From contig JBIKLF010000006.1 in assembly GCA_044359955.1 (NCBI GenBank), forward strand, positions 2,494 through 66,493: a DNA stretch of 64,000 nucleotides. The letters run 5' to 3'. The stretch's first letter is position 1; each line of letters starts with the position of its first letter. This stretch comes from Chthoniobacterales bacterium. GTDB lineage: Bacteria > Verrucomicrobiota > Verrucomicrobiia > Chthoniobacterales > JACTMZ01. The notes under the pieces are model-generated. The model was not told the DNA's origin. It made no database searches and saw only the letters and a list, made by a program, of their open reading frames with translations. A program made the translations under genes and the position numbers. Positions 8,760 through 17,604 of the stretch are shown here, in pieces.

Positions 8760-9440
8760 TCAAAACACCTTCGAAGCCCCGATCTCCATCAGGTTCAATT
8801 TGACCCCGCGATCGGCGAAATCCCGCACCGCCTGGTTCTTGTCGATTTCGATCGGCGGGAAGGTGTCATAGTGCACCCCCACAACTTCCTTCACCTCAAG
8901 GAAGGTGGCCGCCCGCGCCGCATCTTCCGGGCCCATGGTGAAATTGTCTCCGATGCAGAGGATGGCCAGCTTCAGGCAGGCACTGTCGCCGATCAGCTTC
9001 ATGTTACGGGTCAGAGCCGTGTCGCCGGAGTAGTAAAAGTGACCTTGCTCGGTCTCGACGAGGAACCCCGCGGGATTTCCGCCGTAACTGCCGTCCGGCA
9101 TGCTGCTCGAGTGGGTCGCCGCGGTCATCTTGACCCGGCCGAAGGGAAATTGCTTCGCTCCGCCAAGATTCATCGGGTGCGCCTTCTCCACCCCCTGCTT
9201 GGCGAACCACTCGACGATTTCCCAATTGGCGATGAGCGTGGCACCGGTCCGCTTGGCGATCGCGGCCACATCGGCCACGTGGTCGGCATGACCGTGCGAG
9301 AGAAGGATGTAGTCGGCGGGGATTTTTCCCACGTCGATCGCCGCCGCTTTCGGGTTGGGGGTGATAAAGGGGTCGAAGAGCAGGTGTGTGCCGTCCACCT
9401 CGACGCCGAAGCAGGAGTGTCCGTAGTAGGTCAGTTTCAT
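8760..9440 (-). CDS. metal-dependent hydrolase, MBL fold (UPF0173/YtkL-like)
   Basis: 226 aa. MKLTYYGHSCF start, HGHADH metal motif and GDNFTMG block. Confidence 0.85.
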   Translation of the reverse strand: MKLTYYGHSCFGVEVDGTHLLFDPFITPNPKAAAIDVGKIPADYILLSHGHADHVADVAAIAKRTGATLIANWEIVEWFAKQGVEKAHPMNLGGAKQFPFGRVKMTAATHSSSMPDGSYGGNPAGFLVETEQGHFYYSGDTALTRNMKLIGDSACLKLAILCIGDNFTMGPEDAARAATFLEVKEVVGVHYDTFPPIEIDKNQAVRDFADRGVKLNLMEIGASKVF

Positions 9441-9517
9441 AGACTTATCTTCCTTTAGTAAATCTGGCCGTTTTTCATTGTCAAACCCGCTCCGAAAGCT
9501 TCGAAGTGTGCGCCCAC

Positions 9518-10441
9518 ATGCGCCGCCTTCTACTGGCCTCCGCCGACTGGTTCCCCGCCTGGGTCCTTGCGGCCGCCCTCCTCGCCCTCTGGCAGCCCTC
9601 TCTTTTCACCTGGTTCAGCGGACCATGGATCGTCTGGGGGTTGGCTTTGGTCATGCTCGGCATGGGTCTGAGCCTCAGACTGGAGAATTTTACCGCCGTC
9701 TTACGTCTGCCGGGTGCCGTCGCCCTGGGCTTTGCCGCGCAATACACCATCATGCCCCTGCTCGGCTGGAGCGTGGCCCAAATGCTGGCCTTGCCCGCGC
9801 CCTTCGCGGTCGGGCTGATCCTCGTCGCTTGTTGTCCGGGCGGCACGGCCTCCAATGTCGTGACCTACCTGGCCCGGGGCAATGTCGCCCTCTCCATCCT
9901 CATGACCATGTGTTCGACGCTGGCGGCCGTGGTCATGACGCCTCTGCTCACCGGGTGGCTGGCCGGCGCTTTCGTGCCGGTCGACGCCTGGGGAATCTTC
10001 CTCACCACGGCCCAGGTGGTGCTCGCCCCCGTCCTGCTCGGCCTCTTCTTGCACCACAAAGCGCCCCGCCTCACCGAATTCATGCTGCCGGCCGGACCGA
10101 TCGTCTCCGTGCTCGGCATCAGTCTCATCGTCGCCAGCATTATCGGACAAAACGCCGCAGCCATTTTCGCGCACGGCGGACAACTCCTTCTGGCCGTCAC
10201 CCTGCTGCACGGTGGCGGATTTTTCCTCGGCTACCTGCTGGGCCGCTTTAGCGGCTTCGACCGGGCCGTGACCCGGACACTTTCCATCGAGGTCGGCATG
10301 CAAAATTCCGGACTCGGCGCCGTGCTGGCCAAAACGCATTTCGCGGCCGAACCGCTCACCGCCGTGCCCTCCGCCCTCTCCAGCGTCTGTCACTCCCTGC
10401 TCGGCAGCCTTCTCGCTGCCTGGTGGCGCCGCAGCGCCTGA
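9518..10441 (+). CDS. bile acid:sodium symporter (BASS) family transporter
   Basis: Polytopic. GMGLSL and CCPGGTASNV motifs. The track ORF starts at GTG 9506; I chose ATG 9518. Confidence 0.85.
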   Translation: MRRLLLASADWFPAWVLAAALLALWQPSLFTWFSGPWIVWGLALVMLGMGLSLRLENFTAVLRLPGAVALGFAAQYTIMPLLGWSVAQMLALPAPFAVGLILVACCPGGTASNVVTYLARGNVALSILMTMCSTLAAVVMTPLLTGWLAGAFVPVDAWGIFLTTAQVVLAPVLLGLFLHHKAPRLTEFMLPAGPIVSVLGISLIVASIIGQNAAAIFAHGGQLLLAVTLLHGGGFFLGYLLGRFSGFDRAVTRTLSIEVGMQNSGLGAVLAKTHFAAEPLTAVPSALSSVCHSLLGSLLAAWWRRSA

Positions 10442-10480
10442 CGCTGGCCGACGCTAAGCCGTAACCATGTAGTTGAAGGC

Positions 10481-10569
10481 AAAAGTAGAAGCGGCAGCCT
10501 GTCCGCCGTGTGCGGGTCCCCGCCGCTTAACCTCGCACGACAAGCGGCGGGGACGCCGCTTCTACTTTT
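10481..10569. repeat. inverted repeat AAAAGTAGAAGCGGC...GCCGCTTCTACTTTT (second, compact copy at 26177..26211)
   Basis: 15-nt arms around a GCGGCGGGGACGCCGC core. The copy at 26177 reads GAAAAGTAGAAGCGGCGGGGACGCCGCTTCTACTT. Confidence 0.75.
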
Positions 10570-10672
10570 CTGAACCGCCGCAGCAATGGCATCACCGAAT
10601 AGTGGGCCCGCTCCTGCGCGGAAGTTTCCTGATGGGTCGGTGCGCGGCTTGATTCCTACTGCATCGTTCCGG

Positions 10673-11407
10673 CTAAGCCTTCCCCACCAACCGCCGGATC
10701 CTAAGCAGGTCCCAGAAGCTCCGCCATCCGTCGCCCAGCGGCCGGAACTTGCTCTCTTCGTCGTTGATCCACTCCACCGGAAGCTCATCGACCCGCAGAC
10801 CGCGTTGCCGGGCGAGGAGAAGAATCTCCGTATCGAACGCAAATCCGTCAATCCGGGCCCGGGAAAAGATTTCCCGGGCCGCCGCGCGACGGAAGGCCTT
10901 GAAGCCGCACTGCGTATCCTTGCTCACGCTCAGACCGAGGCCCCGCACCACCTGGTTGAAAAGCCGGCCGGCGCGCTCGCGCAGAAAATGCTGTCGCTTG
11001 GTCAGGATACTTTGCGGATGACGACGGTTCCCGATCACCACCGCGGTCTCCGGATGCGCCACGAGATGCGCGACGAAGGGCGCCACGTGGGCCAGAGGGA
11101 CACTGAGGTCCGCATCCATGAAAAAAATAATCCCGCCCGTGGCGCGTCGCATGCCCGTGCGCACTGCGGATCCCTTGCCGCGATGTTCGGCATTCTCCAC
11201 CACGCAGACCGTGGGATCACCCTGCGCCGCTTCGAGAGCGACCCGCGCCGTGCCGTCGCTGCCGGGCTCGACCACGACCATGATTTCCCGCAGACCGGGC
11301 CACGAACTCGCCAAAGCGCGCAACTCCCGCACCGCCCGCCCGATGCGGCGCTCCTCGCGCCAGGCCGGCACCACAATTGTCACGTCATCGGATCCTGATT
11401 CTGCCAT
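10673..11407 (-). CDS. GT2 glycosyltransferase, polyprenyl/dolichyl-phosphate hexosyltransferase-like
   Basis: 244 aa. VTIVVPAWREE, the FFMDADLS DxD-type motif and a QCGFKAF block, as in DPM1/Alg5-like GT2 enzymes. Confidence 0.85.
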   Translation of the reverse strand: MAESGSDDVTIVVPAWREERRIGRAVRELRALASSWPGLREIMVVVEPGSDGTARVALEAAQGDPTVCVVENAEHRGKGSAVRTGMRRATGGIIFFMDADLSVPLAHVAPFVAHLVAHPETAVVIGNRRHPQSILTKRQHFLRERAGRLFNQVVRGLGLSVSKDTQCGFKAFRRAAAREIFSRARIDGFAFDTEILLLARQRGLRVDELPVEWINDEESKFRPLGDGWRSFWDLLRIRRLVGKA

Positions 11408-11421
11408 ACAATCGTCTTTTT

Positions 11422-12957
11422 ATGCGGTTACCCGGAAAAATGCGCTCTTGGCCGTGGGACCTCATCGCCCTCATGGCCCTCGCGGCCGTCCTCCGCCTCG
11501 TCCTCCTCGACCTCAAGGCCCCGCATTTCGACGAAGGAGTCAACGGCTGGTTCGCCGACCGCCTGCGCGAGACAGGGACCTTTGCTTACACTCCGGACAA
11601 TTTCCACGGCCCATGGCATTTTTACACCGTCTTTCTCTCGCAGGAACTGCTCGGACGCAACCTTTGGGCACTGCGGCTTCCGGTTGTTTTGGCCAGTCTG
11701 CTCTGCCTTCCGGTTTTTTTTCTGTTCGCCCGCTGGTTCGGACGTGAAGCGGTGCGCTGGGCGGCGCTGGCTTTCGCCGTCTCGCCCGCTTGCGTCTTTT
11801 ACGGACGTTATTCGATCCACGAACCGTGGTTTGTCCTTTTCACCATGATCTTCACCTGGGGCGCGCTCGCGCTTTGGCTGGACCGCGACCGCGCCGGCCT
11901 GTGGGCCGCCGTCCTCGGATTGACCGGCATGATTCTGAACAAAGAGACCTACACCATCCACGCCGGATCCTTGGTGCTGGCCGCCGGCGTCATGCTGCTC
12001 TGGAACCGTGTCTCGCCACTCGCTCCACCACGGCATCGTGCGGCGCCACGGCCATGGACGCCACGCGAGGCCCGCACCGCGGCGGCCGTCGCCGCATTCC
12101 TCCTGGTTTTTTTCTATTCCGGAAATTTCTTCCACTGGAGCGGTTTGCTCGGTCCTTTCGAGGCGCTGGTGGCCTGGACCAAAACCGGGACCGACGGACA
12201 AGGCCACGGAAAGGAGGCCTACCAACTGCTGCCCTTGGTGAACTATTACTGGATCGCCCTCCTCGCCCGCTACGAGTGGCCGGCGCTGGTCGGGTTGGTC
12301 TGGGCGGTGCGTTACGCCTGGCCGGGTCCGGCCGCACCGCGCCTGCTCGCCATCCTGGCCGGCGGCATCCTCCTTGCCTACTCGGTCGTGCCCTACAAAA
12401 CCCCGTGGTGCATCGCCTCGATCATCTGGCCTTTTTTCCTCTTCTTCGGAGCCGCCATCGCGGCGGCCAACCGGACCCCGGCACGCCTCGCCGCGGCCGC
12501 CCTGCTTGCCGTCTCGTTGGCCCTGACCGTGCGCCTGAACTTCTTCCGCTACGAAGACGACACGGAGCCCTACGTCTATGTGCAGACGCGGCGCGAGATG
12601 GACAAATTCACGCGCCCTCTCCTTGCGTTGGCCGCCGCCGATCCGCGGCGCGTCCACACGCGCGGGGCGATTTATCTCGAGAGTTATTATCCGCTGCCCT
12701 GGACCTTGGGGGATTTCCCGCACATCGGCTACTACGGCGGCAAGATTCCGCATCCGCTGCCCGCTGACGTCGCCTTTCATGTGGTTGAGGCGGACAAAGC
12801 GGACGCGCTCCGCAGGCAATTGGGCGGCGGTTACCACGAGATCCGCTTTGCCCTGCGCAGCGGCGTTGACCAGTGCCTTGCTTTCATCACCGACGAACTT
12901 CACACCGCGATGGAGAATACGGCGCGGCTCCGGCCGGCGAGGAGGAACGAGCTGTGA
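11422..12957 (+). CDS. GT-C fold membrane protein, TIGR03663-like (PMT/ArnT-related)
   Basis: Polytopic. An N-terminal loop carries HFDEGVNGW (DE) and NFHGPWHFY (HGP), the invariant dipeptide and tripeptide I recall from the TIGR03663 description. ATG lies 14 bp from the divergent GT2 start. Confidence 0.75.
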   Translation: MRLPGKMRSWPWDLIALMALAAVLRLVLLDLKAPHFDEGVNGWFADRLRETGTFAYTPDNFHGPWHFYTVFLSQELLGRNLWALRLPVVLASLLCLPVFFLFARWFGREAVRWAALAFAVSPACVFYGRYSIHEPWFVLFTMIFTWGALALWLDRDRAGLWAAVLGLTGMILNKETYTIHAGSLVLAAGVMLLWNRVSPLAPPRHRAAPRPWTPREARTAAAVAAFLLVFFYSGNFFHWSGLLGPFEALVAWTKTGTDGQGHGKEAYQLLPLVNYYWIALLARYEWPALVGLVWAVRYAWPGPAAPRLLAILAGGILLAYSVVPYKTPWCIASIIWPFFLFFGAAIAAANRTPARLAAAALLAVSLALTVRLNFFRYEDDTEPYVYVQTRREMDKFTRPLLALAAADPRRVHTRGAIYLESYYPLPWTLGDFPHIGYYGGKIPHPLPADVAFHVVEADKADALRRQLGGGYHEIRFALRSGVDQCLAFITDELHTAMENTARLRPARRNEL

Positions 12958-14660
12958 TCGGATGGCGTATCCTCTGCGGCGGTCTCGTTTTTGTCGCCGT
13001 TGCGACCATCGCGGCGGCCGGACTCTCCACCCTGGCCGGACGACTTGAGACCCGGGGGGCCTGGATTGCCTTGGCGCTTGGTTTGTTCGCGGGATTTGCT
13101 GCCGCCCGCGGTGCGTCGGCCCCGCGGCAGAAGATCACCCTCGCCGACACCATCCTTTTTGTGGTCTTCGGCCTCGCTTCCCTGCGGGCTTTCCTCTGGG
13201 TGGTCTATGCGCATGGACCCGACCTGAAAATTCTTTCGCCGCACAACCTCGGCGATATTGCCCTGCACCTTAATCTCATCCTGCGCTGGGCCCATGGCGG
13301 CACTTTCTGGCCGGAGAATCCTTTCCTCGCCGGGGCCGTCTTTCCCTACCACCCGGGAATGGACTTCTGGAACGCCGTCCTCGGCGTGCTCGGCGTGCCG
13401 GTCCTCGCCGGGCTGCGTTGGGTGGGACTGCTCGGCGCGGCCGCGACGGCCGTGGCCCTCTGGCGCTACGGTCGCGGCTTTGCCCTCGCTGCCTTCCTTT
13501 TCGCCGGAGGACTCGGCGCCGTTATTGTGCTCCAGGAAGGCGCCCTCGACGGCCAGCAGGACGGGGTGGAATGGAAAAATCTTTTCCTCACCATGCTGGT
13601 GACTCAACGCGGGATGCTCTTCTCGCTGCCGGCGGGGTTTGTCCTCATGACCGTCTGGCGCACCCAACTTTCCGGATCGGACGGACCACGTCTTCCCGTG
13701 CCCGCACAAGCGGCGCTCTACGCGTCGATGCCTTTCTTCAATGCACCGGCCTTCGCCTTTCTCAGCGTCCTCCTCGCCGTCTGCTTTATCGCCGGTTGGC
13801 GCACCGGACGGTCGCGCGACTTTCTCATCGTCACCCTGCTCGCCGTGATTCCTGCCACGTGGCTGGTCCGCGTGGTGACCGGCAACTTCACCGCCCCGAA
13901 CGCCCTGCGCTGGGCGCCGGGCTGGATGCAGGGCGATGATGGCTGGTGGTTCTGGCTGGGCAATTTCGGACTCTTTCTCCCCTTGGCCGCCGCGCTCGGT
14001 GTCATCATCTTCCGCCGCGGCGCGGCCGACACCGCCATCCGCGTGTTCTACGGCGTTGCGGCGGCCACCCTCGTTTTTTGCTTTCTCTTCCTCCTCGCCG
14101 CCTGGCCTTGGGACAACACAAAGCTCATCGTCTGGAGTTACCTCGTCCTGGCGCCGCTCCTTTGGGACGGACTGGTCAAGCGCTGGCCGCTCGGGCTGCG
14201 CCTTGCGGCCTGCCTGGGCCTCTTCACTTCCGGTGCGTTGGCCCTCGTCGGCGGACTCGACGCAAGGCATGGCTACAAAATCGCCGATCGCGGCGAATTG
14301 GACGATGTTCAATTCCTGCTACGTCACCTCCCGGTCAACGCCCGCCTGGCCTGCGCGCCGGCCTACGACCACCCGGCCCTGCTGCTCGGACAACCCGTCG
14401 TGATGGGCCATGACGGCCACCTTTACAGTCAGGGCCTGGACTACGGGCCGGTCTCCGCGAAGTTGGACGTTCTGATGTCAGGCCGTGACGGTTGGCGCGA
14501 TGCGGCCCGCGGATTGCAGACGCATTACCTTTTCTGGGGCCGCAAAGAAAAAGAACGCTGGCCGGACTCCCCCATGCCTTGGGTCCCGTGTGCCCGTCCA
14601 TTGGCAACCACCCCCAGCGGCGTTCTCTATCTCCTCACGCCCTGCTTGCTGGAAGAGTAA
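12954..14660 (+). CDS. polytopic membrane protein of unknown function with soluble C-terminal domain
   Basis: About 568 aa from a GTG start that overlaps the upstream stop (GTGA). At least 12 hydrophobic segments. In an operon position with the GT-C gene. An alternative ATG at 12873 would overlap by 85 nt. Confidence 0.6.
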   Translation: MIGWRILCGGLVFVAVATIAAAGLSTLAGRLETRGAWIALALGLFAGFAAARGASAPRQKITLADTILFVVFGLASLRAFLWVVYAHGPDLKILSPHNLGDIALHLNLILRWAHGGTFWPENPFLAGAVFPYHPGMDFWNAVLGVLGVPVLAGLRWVGLLGAAATAVALWRYGRGFALAAFLFAGGLGAVIVLQEGALDGQQDGVEWKNLFLTMLVTQRGMLFSLPAGFVLMTVWRTQLSGSDGPRLPVPAQAALYASMPFFNAPAFAFLSVLLAVCFIAGWRTGRSRDFLIVTLLAVIPATWLVRVVTGNFTAPNALRWAPGWMQGDDGWWFWLGNFGLFLPLAAALGVIIFRRGAADTAIRVFYGVAAATLVFCFLFLLAAWPWDNTKLIVWSYLVLAPLLWDGLVKRWPLGLRLAACLGLFTSGALALVGGLDARHGYKIADRGELDDVQFLLRHLPVNARLACAPAYDHPALLLGQPVVMGHDGHLYSQGLDYGPVSAKLDVLMSGRDGWRDAARGLQTHYLFWGRKEKERWPDSPMPWVPCARPLATTPSGVLYLLTPCLLEE

Positions 14661-14926
14661 GGTGAGAGTTTTCAGTTTTCAGTGATTCAGTTTTTGCGGA
14701 GCACGACCCACTTTTTTGGTGAACAGTTTCGCGCGAGACCAGGGGGCACGGGCGTCCCGCACGTCACGACCCGACAACACGGCCGAGACGGCCGTGCCCC
14801 CTGGAAAAACCGAACCCAGCCGCGTCCGGAGCGCATCTATACCGGCATCGTTCCGACTTATGCCAACGTCCTTTTGCTTTTCGACTCCCCACTAACTCAA
14901 TGAGAGTTACTCTCTCGAAAGGGAAT

Positions 14927-15150
14927 AAAGACAGGCCACGGATGGAAGAAGATGAAAGAGGATAAGCGGGGCGCGCTGACACGCGCCCCGCTCATGGCAT
15001 TTCTCCGAGGACTGTGTTTGCGCCGTGTCAATGGCGCAAACACCATCTTCTGGCATCCTCTTCCATCCGTGGCTTTCTGACCTCTGGCCTGCCCAAGCTC
15101 GCAGTCGACGCCGGCCCCAGTTACTCCCAAACCACACCCGCCGCGCGCGG
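14927..15150. repeat. family C MITE-like element, copy 1
   Basis: Terminal inverted repeats GGCCACGGATGGAAGAAGATG (14934..14954) and CATCCTCTTCCATCCGTGGC (15053..15072), plus a conserved tail. About 220 bp is shared with 24948..25165. Confidence 0.8.
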
Positions 15151-15515
15151 GTTCAGGGACTATGCATCGAGTGGTAGGGCTGGGCCTTTGCCTAGGGGCC
15201 ATCTTCACTGCGTTCCGGTTGGACCGGCCGTGTCGAATCCCAGAAAATGTTCACGGTCGGCCCAGAGGTTCGACCCTACCCCGGGGCCGAAGGACAAAGT
15301 CCCAAGGCGATGGGCCCTTGGTATTAATCCCTCCGACGAAACACTGAACACCGAATCACTGAACACTCCGCGCCGCGGAGTGAAGTTTTCAGTTCACAGT
15401 GTTCAGTATTTGCAGAGTCAACAAACCGCGACGCCGAAAAAACTTCAGCACCTCCGGCTGAACACTGAAAACTGAATCACTGAACACTCCGCGCCGCGCA
15501 AGCGGCGCGGCGCGG

Positions 15516-16127
15516 TCAGAACCTCCACAGCTTGCCCTGCTTCGCGTCGGCGAAGACTTGGGGGCTGAGCATGTAGGACATCGGCGGGTTCGGCAGCGCC
15601 GAGTCGTCGAGGCGGGGCAGCGATTTGCCGACCGTCGCGTCCCAAGGCTGGCTGGTCGAAATGTTGATCGGCGTTCCGCTCCGCACGAGATTGAAGGTTT
15701 TCTGCGCGGCCTTCAGCGGCATACGCACGCAACCCATCGTGCTCGGGTGGGGCTTCACAAAACCCCAATGCATGCCGTAAGCCGACTTGAACTCCATCCA
15801 ATAAGTCATCGGATAGCCCGCGCCGGGATTGCTGATCCGCCGGCGGTTGGCCGTCTTGGAGTAAATTTTGTAGTTGCCGTGCGGGGTGGGCGTGGACGGT
15901 GTGCCCACCGAGACCGGCGTGGCCAGCAACACCTCATTACCCTCAACCACATACAAACGCTGTGCGCCGGTGCTCAATTTCACCTGCACATTCGACGGGT
16001 TGCGCGGCTGCCGGACCGGCGGATCGAACGTGAAAGAATTGTTGCTCCCCATCCGAGTGGTTTCACATCCGGTGAGAACCACGAGGGCCAAAACCGACAT
16101 CAGGCAACTAAAAAGGACCTTTTTCAT
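15516..16127 (-). CDS. L,D-transpeptidase (YkuD domain) lipoprotein
   Basis: Lipobox VLTGC. Catalytic block YGMHWGFVKPHPSTMGCVRM (H...GCxR). ATG 16127 is preferred over the track GTG 16136. Confidence 0.85.
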   Translation of the reverse strand: MKKVLFSCLMSVLALVVLTGCETTRMGSNNSFTFDPPVRQPRNPSNVQVKLSTGAQRLYVVEGNEVLLATPVSVGTPSTPTPHGNYKIYSKTANRRRISNPGAGYPMTYWMEFKSAYGMHWGFVKPHPSTMGCVRMPLKAAQKTFNLVRSGTPINISTSQPWDATVGKSLPRLDDSALPNPPMSYMLSPQVFADAKQGKLWRF

Positions 16128-16245
16128 GTCCAGCACTCATAGGCAGCCCAGCCGCCCAGGCAAGCACAAAGCGCCGTGGAACGAACTTGTGTGTTGCCAT
16201 CTCCGGCCCGGCCGTAGAGAAAAATTGTCACACCTGACGCCGCCC

Positions 16246-17598
16246 GTGAAGAAAACCATCCTTGTCGTCGATGACGAGAAAAATACCCGCGAAGGGCTGC
16301 GGACCTCGCTTGAGGAAAACTACGAGGTCTATGTGGCCGCCGATGCCGCCGGGGCGCGCGCCGTTATGGAGACCGACCGCGTCGATCTTCTCCTCACCGA
16401 CCTGCGCCTCGGGGCGGACGACGGCATGGACGTGCTCGCCTGGGCCCTGCGGCAAAGTCACCCGCCGGTGTGTATCATCATGACCGCTTACGGCACGGTC
16501 GATGCCGCGGTCGAGGCCATGAAACGCGGCGCTTATGACTTTGTGACCAAGCCGGTCAACATCGACCGCCTCGACCTCCTTATCAAACGGGCCCTCCATG
16601 GTTCCGCAATCGAGCGTGAGAACGTCAGCCTGCGCGAGCAAGTCGATAAACGTTACGGCCTGGACAACTTCGTCGGCGACTCGCACGCCATGTCGCATGT
16701 GCTCGACACGATCAAACAGGTGGCACCATCCCGCGCCACCGTCCTCATCTCCGGCGAGAGCGGCACCGGCAAAGAACTGGCCGCCCACGCCATCCACCGG
16801 CTCAGCCCCCGCCATCGCGGACCGTTCGTCGCGGTGCATTGCGCCGCACTCTCGCCGCAATTGCTCGAGAGCGAACTCTTCGGGCACGAGAAAGGCGCGT
16901 TCACCGGGGCGGGCGAGCGGCGCATCGGACGCTTCGAACAGGCCGCCGGCGGCACCCTCTTCCTCGATGAAATCGGCGAGATCGACGCGGCCACGCAGGT
17001 CAAAATCCTCCGCGTCCTCGGCGAACGCGTCTTCGAACGCGTCGGCGGGAACAAAACCCTCGCCGCCGAGGTGCGCCTCCTCGCGGCCACCAACCGCGAC
17101 CTCGCCAAAATGGTCGAGGCAGGAAAATTCCGCGAGGACCTCTTCTTCCGTCTCAATGTCGTGCAACTTCTTCTCCCGCCCCTGCGCGACCGCCGCGAGG
17201 ATATTCCACTGCTGGCCCGGCATTTCTTGCGCGAGTCCGCCCAGGAGAACGACAAGCCGTTCCGCGAACTGACCTCCGAGGCGATGAAAGCTCTCCTGGC
17301 CTGCCCATGGCCCGGCAATGTGCGCGAACTGCGCGCCGCCATCGAGCATGGCGTGGTCATGGCCGGCGGACCCAAGATCACCCTGCGCGACCTGCCCGCC
17401 ATGGTCCGGGCCGCGGCGGCCGCAGGCAACCCGGGCGCCCCCCTGCCCCTCGATCTCGGGGAAACCGAGCTCTCCCTCATGCGCCGCGCCCTGGCCGAAA
17501 GCAAAGGCAACCGGACGCTGGCCGCGAAGAAACTCGGCATCAGCCGCCGCACCCTGCACCGCAAACTGCGCGAGCATCCCGGATTGGACGCCTCATAG
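16246..17598 (+). CDS. sigma54-dependent response regulator (NtrC-family enhancer-binding protein)
   Basis: REC domain (ILVVDDEKN...LLLTDLRLGADDG...KP). AAA+ domain with Walker A GESGTGKE, GAFTGA and RELRAA motifs. C-terminal Fis-type HTH (AAKKLGISRRTLHRKL). GTG start; an alternative TTG at 16225. Confidence 0.88.
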   Translation: MKKTILVVDDEKNTREGLRTSLEENYEVYVAADAAGARAVMETDRVDLLLTDLRLGADDGMDVLAWALRQSHPPVCIIMTAYGTVDAAVEAMKRGAYDFVTKPVNIDRLDLLIKRALHGSAIERENVSLREQVDKRYGLDNFVGDSHAMSHVLDTIKQVAPSRATVLISGESGTGKELAAHAIHRLSPRHRGPFVAVHCAALSPQLLESELFGHEKGAFTGAGERRIGRFEQAAGGTLFLDEIGEIDAATQVKILRVLGERVFERVGGNKTLAAEVRLLAATNRDLAKMVEAGKFREDLFFRLNVVQLLLPPLRDRREDIPLLARHFLRESAQENDKPFRELTSEAMKALLACPWPGNVRELRAAIEHGVVMAGGPKITLRDLPAMVRAAAAAGNPGAPLPLDLGETELSLMRRALAESKGNRTLAAKKLGISRRTLHRKLREHPGLDAS

Positions 17599-17604
17599 CA
17601 TCAC

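Noticed and set aside
11428-12903. 491-aa minus-strand ORF, and 12900..14312 (470 aa)
   Set aside because: They are antisense to the two polytopic membrane-protein genes. They are highly charged Gly/Arg/Glu-rich sequence with no motifs.
14661-15515. 855-bp gap with several 60-150-aa ORFs (e.g. 14897..15208, 15014..15475)
   Set aside because: Every ORF is built from repeat families C and D and the composite repeat. The same peptide fragments (SSSIRG, FFHPW, LKTEN) recur wherever the repeats occur, so they are not genes.
16137-16245. Sigma54 promoter upstream of the response-regulator operon
   Set aside because: No TGGCAC-N5-TTGC-like element with correct GG/GC spacing was found on either strand of the ldt/regulator divergent region.
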